Shown here: positions 1-9,179 of the stretch, one piece after another
Position numbering within the stretch: the stretch's first letter is position 1
Layout of the letters: the number at the start of each line of letters is the position of its first letter
Origin: a virus
Taxonomy: Duplodnaviria > Caudoviricetes
Direction: 5' to 3' (one strand)
DNA: 64,000 bases
Virus record (IMG/VR): IMGVR_UViG_2595698668_000001
Span: 64,001 to 128,000 of that record
Program-made: the position numbers and the translations under genes
Notes under the pieces: generated by a model
Seen by the model: the letters and a program-made list of their open reading frames with translations, nothing else
What the model was told of the DNA's origin: nothing
The model's database searches: none

Positions 1-235
1 CATATCGCACACCAGTCCCGAAAAATCGGTGGAGCGCGTCCGTAAGAATCGCCAGTTTCATGATATCGCCATCGTGGATACTTGCATCAACACGAACAGT
101 TTCTGCCTCATAAGACCCATATTCAATAACATCTTTTGGAAGTTTGACGTTCCATTCCCCACCGGCAAACTGTTTAAAATCAACAATTGCATTACTGAAA
201 TTGAAGTCTTTATAAGTAACAAACAATTTATACAT
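1..235 (-). CDS. PRPP synthetase-like protein (candidate Adps of NARP1), N-terminal part; runs off the window edge
   Basis: Manual translation from ATG at 235 gives MYKLFVTYKDFNFSNAIVDFKQFAGGEWNVKLP...VRVDASIHDGDIMKLAILTDALHRFF; FxGGExxV and IMxLxxLxDAL are PRPP synthetase N-domain motifs. Not in the ORF track. Confidence 0.75.
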   Translation of the reverse strand, partial: MYKLFVTYKDFNFSNAIVDFKQFAGGEWNVKLPKDVIEYGSYEAETVRVDASIHDGDIMKLAILTDALHRFFGTGVRY

Positions 236-633
236 TAGATAATCCTCATTGAAATTATATCAGAGTTTAGGACGAGATATTCCCCTTCCTGTTTCAAGAT
301 CCTAAGTAGAATCTTTCTGTAAGGTTCATAATCACAAAATTTGCGGATCATAAACCTGATGTTATCGATTGAAAGAACAGGGACTGCTTCTACTTCATAT
401 GTATGCCCGTTGTCTGTCTTCTGGAAGTATGACCCAACAGACCTAGCCATCTTAGCACAAGAAGAAAAGCTATTCATCATGTGGTCATCATATGGATTCT
501 TAGACGACCATCTATACAAAACACACGGTTTATTATTAAATTTTTCTTTCGCATAGTCAACAAGAATTTTAACTTCTTCGTCAGATACGGGGAGTCCGTC
601 AAGATAACGGAACAAAACAGAATGTGGGGTCAA
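235..633 (-). CDS. small ADP-ribosyltransferase-like protein (R-S-E motif order)
   Basis: LYR ... SFSS ... QEGEYLV in the order typical of R-S-E ARTs such as T4 ModA/ModB/Alt. Confidence 0.55.
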   Translation of the reverse strand: MTPHSVLFRYLDGLPVSDEEVKILVDYAKEKFNNKPCVLYRWSSKNPYDDHMMNSFSSCAKMARSVGSYFQKTDNGHTYEVEAVPVLSIDNIRFMIRKFCDYEPYRKILLRILKQEGEYLVLNSDIISMRII

Positions 634-1079
634 AGTTGTTCTCTAATCTCGTTCAAAATGTCACAAAACTCTTTTTCTGTCAGAATTGTGATGTGTGGAT
701 CCTTACAACCCATGGTATGGGCTAATACATGTGGTTTTGAGTGCACCAGAGCCTCTAGGAAGCTTTTGTTTTGTTCGGCCATCGAAAGATATGCGTTATA
801 CAAAAGATTGCTATACGCTTCGCTGAGGCGGTTTACCGGCTTTCCTTTATACCACATAGTAAAGTCTTTCTGCCATCCCCTGTTAGAATGGCAAACCTTA
901 TAAACTTCATGACCTCTCAGATTGTTTATGTCTGGGGGATTTTCATATTTGAGGCTTTGTAAGAAAGCCTCAATCGTCCGATAATACACACCATCGAATG
1001 TAAATGGGTGTTCTGTGAAGTTTGACAATTCGCGTTCGACCCAATCCCGACTCCCAGAATAGATGTCAATGATTGCCAT
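630..1079 (-). CDS. 30.3: NADAR family protein (T4 gp30.3-like)
   Basis: ELSNFTEHPFTFDGVYYRTIEAFLQSLK ... LAHTMG...TILTEKEF matches phage 30.3/NADAR. Confidence 0.85.
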   Translation of the reverse strand: MAIIDIYSGSRDWVERELSNFTEHPFTFDGVYYRTIEAFLQSLKYENPPDINNLRGHEVYKVCHSNRGWQKDFTMWYKGKPVNRLSEAYSNLLYNAYLSMAEQNKSFLEALVHSKPHVLAHTMGCKDPHITILTEKEFCDILNEIREQL

Positions 1080-1491
1080 ACTTCTTTACCAGATCATCAT
1101 AACCACTACTGTATCCATAATCTGTGGTCTTGTCAATCTTAACCTCAATTTCTGCACTATCAAATTGTTCGAAATATCCCGTTACGAAATCCATATCAAT
1201 TTTGATCCGTCCATCAGAATGGTGAATGTTCATGGATGAGAAGAAATCGAAAGGATCTTCTACATCCTTGGCCCATGGACGACGAGAAGCCAGACCCTTA
1301 ACCATTTCCTGTTTTGCTGGTGTCCAACGTTCGTTGTTGTATGCATTATAGAACTCATTGAACTCGTAGATCTCAACAAGTGCCTTCATAGCATCATCGT
1401 TGTCAAACCAAACTGGTGCTAGGATCCGGTCGGTGTCGTATGTAGTAAAACTATCACCAGTTCTATATTTTACCCGAATAATGAATTTCAT
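1066..1491 (-). CDS. hypothetical protein
   Basis: 141 aa ORF with GGTG SD, packed in the minus-strand operon. Confidence 0.7.
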   Translation of the reverse strand: MKFIIRVKYRTGDSFTTYDTDRILAPVWFDNDDAMKALVEIYEFNEFYNAYNNERWTPAKQEMVKGLASRRPWAKDVEDPFDFFSSMNIHHSDGRIKIDMDFVTGYFEQFDSAEIEVKIDKTTDYGYSSGYDDLVKKYGNH

Positions 1492-1499
1492 ACATCACC

Positions 1500-1910
1500 T
1501 TACTTGTAGAAAACGAATGATACAGATTGAAGTTTCCCACCCGTAACAACGGTCCCAATATCGAAGTTTTCTTGTTTGGTCATACTTTCAATAGAACGAC
1601 CCATCCGACAGAGTTGTTCAATCATTTTCTCACCACAATCTAGTTTCTGATGGAATACAATGACCCATCGAGCAGGGGCAAAGTCATTTGGTTCCAAATC
1701 CTTGATCTGGATGGATACATGCTTATCAAACCCCTTAAGACAAGTTGGTTCATAATATTCATTCATCTGAACCATACGTTGGAGGGTATTGATAAACTTG
1801 TTCATTCCATATTGATATCGGAGTCCGCTATATTTTCCGAAGCCCAGTTTATTACCGAAAACGTCAATCTCGTTTTTGAAAACTTTCTTTGCGTAAGTCG
1901 TGATTTTCAT
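1500..1910 (-). CDS. hypothetical protein
   Basis: 136 aa ORF in operon. Confidence 0.65.
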   Translation of the reverse strand: MKITTYAKKVFKNEIDVFGNKLGFGKYSGLRYQYGMNKFINTLQRMVQMNEYYEPTCLKGFDKHVSIQIKDLEPNDFAPARWVIVFHQKLDCGEKMIEQLCRMGRSIESMTKQENFDIGTVVTGGKLQSVSFVFYK

Positions 1911-1913
1911 TTT

Positions 1914-2591
1914 TTATTCCCCAAAATTGGTATACTTAGATTTAAATTCCATCAGTTTTTCTTTTGCGACTTTTTCTTTTGTAGTGAGGACGTCGATCTC
2001 TTTGGAGATGCTTGTCAATTCACCATTCAGACGATTGTATTCATCATTCAAAACTTTGAATGCATCTTCAATTGATGGTGTAGAAACAGATGTATGTTGC
2101 TCTTTCATATCTTGAGATGGCTCTACCGTACCAAACAACATGTTGATTTCAAGGAGAATTTCAAAATCCACATGAGACTCGACTTCCTTCCTGATAGGGC
2201 GACCATTAGATGTAACTGAATCCTTCGACTTCACAACCTTGAGTTTACCAACAGTCAATCCGTTTGTTACTTGGGCTACGGTAGTAATAAGATGGTGAAT
2301 ATGTCGAGCTACACCAGTCCGGTATGTTTTGGTATTACTTACTTTAATAACAACTGAATTTGATGATTGTTGGAAATCACAAGAATAATTAATATGACCG
2401 TAAACATCAAACGAGGTTCGTGGGCCATATTCCCTCATAAGATTGTGAAGGAATTTTTTGTTTAGGATACGAGCTGTATATGTTGCGGCCTGACGTCCGT
2501 TAAGCGGTTTCCGGTTATCGTTGTATGGGTTTTTGTATACATCAACCTCACCACGAAGATACTGATGTACATATTTTACAAATGAGTTCAT
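1914..2591 (-). CDS. hypothetical protein with C-terminal coiled coil
   Basis: 225 aa; heptad-like C-terminus LNDEYNRLNGELTSISKEIDVL. Confidence 0.7.
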   Translation of the reverse strand: MNSFVKYVHQYLRGEVDVYKNPYNDNRKPLNGRQAATYTARILNKKFLHNLMREYGPRTSFDVYGHINYSCDFQQSSNSVVIKVSNTKTYRTGVARHIHHLITTVAQVTNGLTVGKLKVVKSKDSVTSNGRPIRKEVESHVDFEILLEINMLFGTVEPSQDMKEQHTSVSTPSIEDAFKVLNDEYNRLNGELTSISKEIDVLTTKEKVAKEKLMEFKSKYTNFGE

Positions 2592-2594
2592 AAT

Positions 2595-2795
2595 TTATTC
2601 CTTTTCGTATTTTACAAGTTCACAGTCTAAACGATCTTCTTCAAAAAGAAAAGACATATTTTCTAATTTCCTTTCTTCACAGATCTCTTTGGTGGTTGAC
2701 AGTTCGACTTGGAAAGTCTCACACACAGGATTGTTGTTCATATCGATTACACATGATGTAAGAATCAAAGCAAACAAAGTTTCCATATCAATCAC
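2595..2795 (-). CDS. YebW/DUF1482-like small Cys-containing protein
   Basis: LFALILTSC...C...T.EIC...C pattern resembles YebW. Confidence 0.5.
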   Translation of the reverse strand: MIDMETLFALILTSCVIDMNNNPVCETFQVELSTTKEICEERKLENMSFLFEEDRLDCELVKYEKE

Positions 2796-2828
2796 CTCAA
2801 CTGTTTCAATATCGATATCTTCTCAGAT

Positions 2829-3020
2829 CTAAACACCACTGTCAATAACAAATTTATGTTTACACCGACGACACCGCATATCACAAATCTGATTGAACCA
2901 GTTAGTGATCTGGATCTGTTCAGAACCACATTCAGAACAAATTGGTTTCATCTTAGAAACGGCCTTACGACGATCAACCAAAATCTCCATACCATCAAAA
3001 TCAAAATCAACTTCAAACAT
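2829..3020 (-). CDS. Zn-ribbon protein
   Basis: CSECGS ... CRRCKH. Confidence 0.65.
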   Translation of the reverse strand: MFEVDFDFDGMEILVDRRKAVSKMKPICSECGSEQIQITNWFNQICDMRCRRCKHKFVIDSGV

Positions 3021-3041
3021 TCCAGTTCTCCAAAAAATAAA

Positions 3042-3081
3042 ACGGTATAAGGATTATCTCCCTATACCGTGAACATGTCAA
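3042..3081 (-). promoter_or_regulatory. sigma70-type early promoter with -10 inside a palindrome
   Basis: Minus strand TTGACA-N17-GATAAT; arms acggtata (3042-3049) and tataccgt (3063-3070). Confidence 0.7.
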
Positions 3082-3452
3082 CCTATATCTTTCTTCAATT
3101 CAGATATGATCCACTCAGCGAGGTCATACCTATAATCCCCATAAACACCATCATACATACCAGCATCTTTTCTCATCATCTTGTAGAATATGTCAGGTTT
3201 AACCCCACACCCAGAGGGGATAGGATAACCCAACATACCAGAATAATGAGGCCATGTAACAAAAGTCTCTTGAAGGATCGCGTATATCGTCCCAACAAAA
3301 GATTTTGTTTTGTCTGGCATTATATGATTTTGCTTTTTCTTGAGATCGTAATAAATGTTAGAACAAAGACCCGCAGTTTGTCTATAATTTGTAAAATCAT
3401 TTTCAATTGCGGTTTCAAGTGACTCAATAATAGACTGCTTTATTGTTTTCAT
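3078..3452 (-). CDS. hypothetical protein (paralog of 30841..31215)
   Basis: GLC...WPHYSG...YP...YG.YR..LA motif shared with the 30.8 kb ORF. Confidence 0.7.
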   Translation of the reverse strand: MKTIKQSIIESLETAIENDFTNYRQTAGLCSNIYYDLKKKQNHIMPDKTKSFVGTIYAILQETFVTWPHYSGMLGYPIPSGCGVKPDIFYKMMRKDAGMYDGVYGDYRYDLAEWIISELKKDIG

Positions 3453-3533
3453 TTTTACCCTCTTATCGAGAGAGGAACCATTTGGTTCTCACACAACAGT
3501 TAATACTGTCAGTAGTATTTAGGGGTTTATCAA

Positions 3534-3749
3534 TTAAATCAACAACATAACAGCGTCAATCATACCCCACACTACACCAAACGGGAAGAGAACCGCAGCC
3601 ACAAACCGAAGGTATACCTCATTCGGAGCCCCCGGAATATAGATCATAGTGTGTACGTTCAGCGCCCAAAACGCGAAGTACAGAAGGAAAGGAATCATAT
3701 TGGTGAATACAAAACGAAACATCTTGTAAAACATATTAATCAACCACAT
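3534..3749 (-). CDS. small membrane protein
   Basis: Two hydrophobic segments. Confidence 0.65.
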   Translation of the reverse strand: MWLINMFYKMFRFVFTNMIPFLLYFAFWALNVHTMIYIPGAPNEVYLRFVAAVLFPFGVVWGMIDAVMLLI

Positions 3750-3777
3750 AATTCATCTCCTTCTCAAGTTCAACTAG

Positions 3778-3806
3778 AGTATCCCATCTCCCAGAACTAT
3801 AGTCAA
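3778..3806 (-). promoter_or_regulatory. sigma70-type early promoter
   Basis: Minus strand TTGACT-N17-GATACT with TG extension. Confidence 0.65.
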
Positions 3807-3807
3807 C

Positions 3808-4086
3808 TTATTTTTTGAAGATTTTGATAATCCAACCAAAAATAGAAGCGGGCCACAATACAGAGTCGATCAATACTGTAATCGGGATGGCACACCAACG
3901 AAGAGGTTTTGGGTTAAAACCAAGACCAACCTTCTTTTTCCGGACCGGTTCATATCGTTCAATAAGGTCAAAATCGAATCCAAATTTTGGCTCAAGTTTC
4001 CCGTCCAAGATCAGAACACTACGAACTGACGTAATTGTACTGATAAAAGCAAAAACATAAATCATTGTTACATAAGCACTAAGCAT
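3808..4086 (-). CDS. membrane protein
   Basis: Hydrophobic termini, LWP motif. Confidence 0.6.
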   Translation of the reverse strand: MLSAYVTMIYVFAFISTITSVRSVLILDGKLEPKFGFDFDLIERYEPVRKKKVGLGFNPKPLRWCAIPITVLIDSVLWPASIFGWIIKIFKK

Positions 4087-4316
4087 TACGGAACCCTCTT
4101 TAAAAATGGTTTGGTTTCTACAAGTTCTTCCGGTAGATATAGGTTTAACTTTGTTTCCATACCACTACCACCACACATAGCACCAAGAACAATCATCAAT
4201 AGTTCTTTCATGTCATCAATCGATTCAATTTTATCCATATCAACTACAACATGAACTGGTTTCTTAAAAACCATCTCGTTGATCCTAAAGCTACCACCAT
4301 TTTTATCCACGTTCAA
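4086..4316 (-). CDS. hypothetical protein
   Basis: 76 aa, translationally coupled to neighbours. Confidence 0.6.
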   Translation of the reverse strand: MNVDKNGGSFRINEMVFKKPVHVVVDMDKIESIDDMKELLMIVLGAMCGGSGMETKLNLYLPEELVETKPFLKRVP

Positions 4317-5271
4317 TTACCTCGTTTACATAATATTCATAAATGAAATTGTTCCAATAATCATGGTCTACTTCATCGGGCATACCGTTTTTGGATGCAA
4401 CTACCGCTGCTGCTTCTGCTCGGTCCATGACATCCTCAAGGTAAGGTTGAACTTCCTTCGAAAAATCCAACTTACCTTGTTTTACAAGCTTGATGTATTC
4501 CGCATTTTTCAAGGGGAATTGAAGATCGCCGGTTGTGTAAATTTCAAGAAGTTGTTCCGCACCACGAATTGCATGACTCATCGCTTTCCAATCGATACCA
4601 GACGAAGCCTTTTCAGCCCGAGCGCCATATTCAGATTTAATCCTCATAATCTGTTCTACAAACTCAGAGTAACGGATCCCAAACAGATATTTGCGACCAA
4701 GTACCTCGTAATAGTAGACGACCTGATGGCTGGGGTCTACAAACTTACCAATAATCAAGTTTTCACTCTGGGGCATACCAGATACAAGACCACCCAACCG
4801 GTCATCCCCATAGACACTTACAGGACGATTCTCGATGAAAGACAACACCGAATTAAGCTCTTGGAGACGAGACCCTTTAACCCCATACTTACTTGCCTGT
4901 TTACGAACATAGCCAAGATAAGCTTTCATCTTAGTTGTGTAAAAATCAGACCGGTTGTTTCGCAAATGTTGGAAAATCTCAGAGTTTGTCATTACTTTAT
5001 CGATAGGTGCGTGAAGCATATCGATAGCCGCAGTTTCCCCCTTGGAAGCCATTTGAATGAACTTTTTCAGAGAAAAGTACTCTCGGTCGATGTCGTCAGC
5101 CGTATTAGCAGATCCTTTGGCTCCGGTATCCCTATGATATACCTCTTTTGTTCCCATGATGATCTGACGTGGTTCTGGGAGGAATACACCCTTATAATCA
5201 GTATCACTTTCTGGTGTGTCTGTTCCGTACAGCTTAGAACCAAACACACATTCAAAAATCAATGCACTCAT
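4303..5271 (-). CDS. nrdC.11: Pol-beta superfamily nucleotidyltransferase (T4 NrdC.11 / RlaP-like)
   Basis: GSKLYGTDTPESDTDYKGVFLP (GS..DxD) and DWKAMSHAIR. Confidence 0.8.
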   Translation of the reverse strand: MSALIFECVFGSKLYGTDTPESDTDYKGVFLPEPRQIIMGTKEVYHRDTGAKGSANTADDIDREYFSLKKFIQMASKGETAAIDMLHAPIDKVMTNSEIFQHLRNNRSDFYTTKMKAYLGYVRKQASKYGVKGSRLQELNSVLSFIENRPVSVYGDDRLGGLVSGMPQSENLIIGKFVDPSHQVVYYYEVLGRKYLFGIRYSEFVEQIMRIKSEYGARAEKASSGIDWKAMSHAIRGAEQLLEIYTTGDLQFPLKNAEYIKLVKQGKLDFSKEVQPYLEDVMDRAEAAAVVASKNGMPDEVDHDYWNNFIYEYYVNEVIERG

Positions 5272-5275
5272 CTAA

Positions 5276-5614
5276 TTACCCCATAGTATTAATTGTATAG
5301 GCACATTCGGAAAGGTAACTTTCGACATACTTATACACATCGATAATACCACCAACTGTGTCGGAAGTTATCACAAATCCCAGAACATTATCATCTTCCG
5401 GAACGATGGAGGTATTAAAATCATCAACATATTGATCACAAAAATCAACAAAACTTTCGTAGAAATGGTCTTTCCAGATCTCAACATCAACGTCGAAATC
5501 CTTTTGAGAAATCACAACTTCAAATTTCAATTCATGAAAATGCTTTGTTTTTATATCTTTGAACATGATCATATTATGCCTTGATGGTATAGATTGGTGG
5601 ACAGTTAAACCCAC
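5276..5614 (-). CDS. acidic hypothetical protein
   Basis: ORF in operon; true start probably a downstream Met. Confidence 0.55.
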   Translation of the reverse strand: MGLTVHQSIPSRHNMIMFKDIKTKHFHELKFEVVISQKDFDVDVEIWKDHFYESFVDFCDQYVDDFNTSIVPEDDNVLGFVITSDTVGGIIDVYKYVESYLSECAYTINTMG

Positions 5615-5864
5615 GCTGTTGTTCTACAGAAACCGTATACCCCAGTTTTCGAAGTTCTAAAATGAATTTATCTGACACAGCCGAAAAAGTTTTTTGCTCT
5701 TGGGCAGCAAGAGACATCAGTTCATCACCCATATATCGATAGGCTAGACTCTTAGTCTTTATCATAAACTCATAAATTTTACGAATGATCGGAGTAACGT
5801 CGATACCACTGACGTCATCCATGTTCAAAATAGCTTCTTTAAGACTTTTTGCTGAATAATCCAT
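5574..5864 (-). CDS. hypothetical protein
   Basis: 96 aa ORF in operon. Confidence 0.6.
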   Translation of the reverse strand: MDYSAKSLKEAILNMDDVSGIDVTPIIRKIYEFMIKTKSLAYRYMGDELMSLAAQEQKTFSAVSDKFILELRKLGYTVSVEQQRGFNCPPIYTIKA

Positions 5865-5874
5865 AATTTATACC

Positions 5875-6324
5875 TTATTTTTTAGAAGGACTTACCATTA
5901 CAACACCATACCCACTCAAAAAATGGCTCCATTTAATATAAGAACCGCGATGACCATTCTTTTTCTTTGCGTATTGAAGTTCGATATACATGTGATATGG
6001 GACAGATCCCGCGACAAAAACTGCCTGTTCTAGATTTTCTTTATCAAAGAACAAAGACAACCCATTTTTAAATACAACAAGAAGATTCCCATCAATCGAT
6101 ACATGGTAATCAAAATGTGGAGTTCTATATGTTTTACCGAAGTTTCTATATTCAACGTCTGTAATACACGCACACAACCGACACATCACTTTGAATGACA
6201 CAAATTGCACACGTCCAAATCCATCCAGAACAGAGAACCCGCGAGCACCGGTATCTGTACCATTGGCAGAACGGAATCCAAGAATCGATGCTACGTCGTT
6301 AATTGCGTTAATTGTTCTTTTCAT
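5875..6324 (-). CDS. hypothetical protein
   Basis: 149 aa ORF, ATGA overlap with upstream gene. Confidence 0.6.
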   Translation of the reverse strand: MKRTINAINDVASILGFRSANGTDTGARGFSVLDGFGRVQFVSFKVMCRLCACITDVEYRNFGKTYRTPHFDYHVSIDGNLLVVFKNGLSLFFDKENLEQAVFVAGSVPYHMYIELQYAKKKNGHRGSYIKWSHFLSGYGVVMVSPSKK

Positions 6325-6506
6325 ACTTTACCTACACATTTTATATTGTTCATTTTGAATTCCGCCATGAGAACATCATACAAGCGAGCTTTTTTACCAT
6401 ACTTAGCAATCAGCATTTCCAGTGATATTTTCATAACGATTCCTCGGTTTGTTTCGACAAAAAGAGTATCCCACATCAGGGGATACTCTGTCAACAACTT
6501 TAGCAA
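6321..6506 (-). CDS. hypothetical protein
   Basis: 61 aa ORF filling the operon gap. Confidence 0.5.
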   Translation of the reverse strand: MLKLLTEYPLMWDTLFVETNRGIVMKISLEMLIAKYGKKARLYDVLMAEFKMNNIKCVGKV

Positions 6507-6862
6507 CCTTTGAGGATATCAAGTTGTGTGCGAAGGGTAAGAGCAATAGAAGTTGATTTTACCTTAGAAGATTTCAACTTAGACACAACAGACTCTAACT
6601 CGTTGATCGTCTGTTGGTGTTCATTTGCCAGAAGTTGTTTTTGGGATTCATAAGAAGCTTCCAAATCTTTCAGATCCTTCATATGTGCATTAGTGAGGTC
6701 ATCCATCTGTACCATGGTATAACCAATCGCATTTGTATCGGTTTCAGCTCGTTTCTCTGCTTGCTCTTTAAGGGATTCAAGCTGCTGAATCATTGATTCT
6801 GTTGTTGGAATAGATGGAGGAAGCGGATCGCTATAAAACATATCTTTGATTTTAGAAATCAT
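6500..6862 (-). CDS. coiled-coil protein
   Basis: Heptad-rich 120 aa ORF. Confidence 0.65.
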   Translation of the reverse strand: MISKIKDMFYSDPLPPSIPTTESMIQQLESLKEQAEKRAETDTNAIGYTMVQMDDLTNAHMKDLKDLEASYESQKQLLANEHQQTINELESVVSKLKSSKVKSTSIALTLRTQLDILKGC

Positions 6863-6866
6863 TAAA

Positions 6867-7616
6867 TTATCTCTTTGTCAATACAATTTTAAAGTTAAAT
6901 TCGAAAGTTTTTTCTGTTTCGTTGTTTGTAACAGAAAGAATACCATGTTCATTATCAATACTAACGAAGAAGCGAGGATCCTGTACACCACACCGGATAG
7001 TTTGATATAGTTCGTTACCGAAAAATTCTGGTTTCAGTACGCAGTCATAGAATCCCATGGAACTACCATCATCCTGCCACTCTTCCCAGTGAGAGATAAC
7101 AGATTGTTCAAATCCATTATCGTTTCCAAGAATACGCCAGATAAAGAAAGAAACATCACTCAGACATGTGTTTACTCGATGGTGGGTTACATTTTCTCCA
7201 ACGACACCAGACAGACCGTCCACAAATGTCCAGAAATTATCCGAGATAAATTCAATAAATTCTGGGGAATCCCCTCGTTCTTGATAACGAGTCAAAAACA
7301 TTTCTTTGATATCAGAACGTTGTTTATCCTGATACCACTGGTTGTTCTCATAAACTGGTTTTTGGGGGTATACGAGTTCGACATCATACCCCATACGAAC
7401 AACAAATTGCACAACTTCTGTATGAGTCGATATCATCACAAAATCAAAGGCTCCACTTTCTACATGAGATTCAATCTCTTTTAGATATTCGTTAGGCCAA
7501 TCATTTTTAAATTTGGAGCTATCTAGATACACAACATTGTATTGAGGAAACTTATTGTATTTTACTACGGTGGATTTCCCAGCACCGGGAAATCCACAAA
7601 TCACTTTAGTCTTCAT
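6867..7616 (-). CDS. P-loop kinase-like protein
   Basis: N-terminal Walker A GFPGAGKS. Confidence 0.7.
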   Translation of the reverse strand: MKTKVICGFPGAGKSTVVKYNKFPQYNVVYLDSSKFKNDWPNEYLKEIESHVESGAFDFVMISTHTEVVQFVVRMGYDVELVYPQKPVYENNQWYQDKQRSDIKEMFLTRYQERGDSPEFIEFISDNFWTFVDGLSGVVGENVTHHRVNTCLSDVSFFIWRILGNDNGFEQSVISHWEEWQDDGSSMGFYDCVLKPEFFGNELYQTIRCGVQDPRFFVSIDNEHGILSVTNNETEKTFEFNFKIVLTKR

Positions 7617-8046
7617 GTTCTCGTCTCACAAACGCTTGATAACTTTCAATATAACCCTTTATGTTATCTTTACCAATTGGGTTTTTAGTATGGTAATAGA
7701 TATACTCGGGAAGTTCTTTGTTGTCATATTGAGTAATATCAACAAGATATTTTGCACATGACAACCCTGTATATTCAACCCCATCCTCATCATAATCAGC
7801 TAAGTCGTGGTCGAAGCTAATATATTTCGGGATACCGTTCGTCCGGATCTCATCCTTAAAGTCGGAATAAGTCCGAACGACAGTCCACTGAATATCTGGG
7901 TCATAATGTACCCACCCGACATCAGACGGATTTCGAATATCGTCAATAAAAATACCACGAAATTTCTTACCCATCGCATTATTCCAATGAACTAGACCGA
8001 TCAGAATTATCAACAGTCCAATCATGGATAAAACGTAACCGGTCAT
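7606..8046 (-). CDS. cyclic-phosphate-processing receiver (cREC) domain protein
   Basis: IFIDDIRNP...WTVVRTYSDF...ISFDHDL...TG..CAKYL...HTKNPIG; preceded by a hydrophobic segment if the first Met is used. Confidence 0.75.
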   Translation of the reverse strand: MTGYVLSMIGLLIILIGLVHWNNAMGKKFRGIFIDDIRNPSDVGWVHYDPDIQWTVVRTYSDFKDEIRTNGIPKYISFDHDLADYDEDGVEYTGLSCAKYLVDITQYDNKELPEYIYYHTKNPIGKDNIKGYIESYQAFVRREHED

Positions 8047-8056
8047 AAATCACCTC

Positions 8057-8449
8057 TTACAGACTTGATGGACCACGAATCAATTGTTTTGTTACAATCA
8101 ATTCGCGTTCTCCAATGATATCGATAACCTGTGAAGGAATATACCCATTAACATCAATGAAAACATGAGTTGCATCAGGTACGGTCACCAACGCTTTTTC
8201 TAGTTGTTCTTTAAGACCAAGGGGACCATTGAAATTGGAACCAGATTGAACGGAAGATACCACCAATTCAAACGTCTCTGTGTCAGGCGAAACAAAGTCA
8301 TAAAGCCGCTCAAACGCTTGTTGTTCATCAAGTTCATCAATCAATACAATTACAGGACTGATAGCCACTTGTTCCGCAGCTTTTGCCAGAAGACGGGAAG
8401 TTTTACCGGTTCCTACTTCGCCAAAAATCACTTCAAAAATTTTACCCAT
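8057..8449 (-). CDS. small P-loop protein
   Basis: GEVGTGKT Walker A; start placed at MGKIF. Confidence 0.6.
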   Translation of the reverse strand: MGKIFEVIFGEVGTGKTSRLLAKAAEQVAISPVIVLIDELDEQQAFERLYDFVSPDTETFELVVSSVQSGSNFNGPLGLKEQLEKALVTVPDATHVFIDVNGYIPSQVIDIIGERELIVTKQLIRGPSSL

Positions 8450-8450
8450 T

Positions 8451-8957
8451 TTACATTCCTTTTTGTTCAGAAGACCAACCATTTTGATTAGCCACGGCAG
8501 AAAGACGATAGAACCCCTCCTGATATTTGAAGGAACGTTTCATATCTTTTTCAGTTACTCCCTTGAGGCGACGCAGGTCACTATTATGACGGAAGTCACA
8601 CATCTTTACAAGACACGCCATCCGGTTGGATTCGATACCTTGAAGGTAAGATTCATAAACCGCAGGATCTTTATAATCGTTACCATGTTTTTTGGTCAGG
8701 AGAACCACCGATTTTACTACTTCCGGGTTAAAACCCATTTCAAGAAGATCATCAGCAGTTGCATTCTGCACGTCCTCAAGATAATCATGAAGAAGTGCAA
8801 CCTGTTTCAGCTTGTCGTCTGCTTTAGGACCAAGCTTTCGACATACTTCCATACAATGTTCGAAGTAAGGACGACCACCCCGATCAAATACTGTTGCAAA
8901 TGCATCAGAAACCAAACCATAGGCAATTGCAGTCATTTTAGCATCATGTTTACTCAT
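8451..8957 (-). CDS. HD-domain hydrolase, RelA/SpoT-hydrolase (Mesh1/SAH)-like
   Basis: DRGGRPYFEH...ALLHDYLED...VKMCDFRHN. Confidence 0.8.
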   Translation of the reverse strand: MSKHDAKMTAIAYGLVSDAFATVFDRGGRPYFEHCMEVCRKLGPKADDKLKQVALLHDYLEDVQNATADDLLEMGFNPEVVKSVVLLTKKHGNDYKDPAVYESYLQGIESNRMACLVKMCDFRHNSDLRRLKGVTEKDMKRSFKYQEGFYRLSAVANQNGWSSEQKGM

Positions 8958-8990
8958 TTTGAATTCCTCGATTAGTTCAAAAACATTATA

Positions 8991-9179
8991 TCAATCTGGA
9001 GTCGGATAATCAACTACTATTTTCATGTTATATCCGGGTCGATCATGGGTTCGATTCAAATTACCTTCAATGTATTCAAACATATTCTCATTGAATTTTT
9101 TATCAGTATACTCTGTATAAACAGAATTTACAAACATCATGACACCAAAAACCAGAAAAATAATTTTATACTTCATCAA
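8991..9179 (-). CDS. small membrane-anchored protein
   Basis: N-terminal hydrophobic helix. Confidence 0.5.
   Translation of the reverse strand: MMKYKIIFLVFGVMMFVNSVYTEYTDKKFNENMFEYIEGNLNRTHDRPGYNMKIVVDYPTPD

Noticed and set aside
4279-5286. 335-aa plus-strand ORF, and similar ones at 14070-14900, 18728-19474, 30907-31584 and 46049-46894
   Set aside because: Antisense shadows of well-supported minus-strand genes with no recognisable motifs
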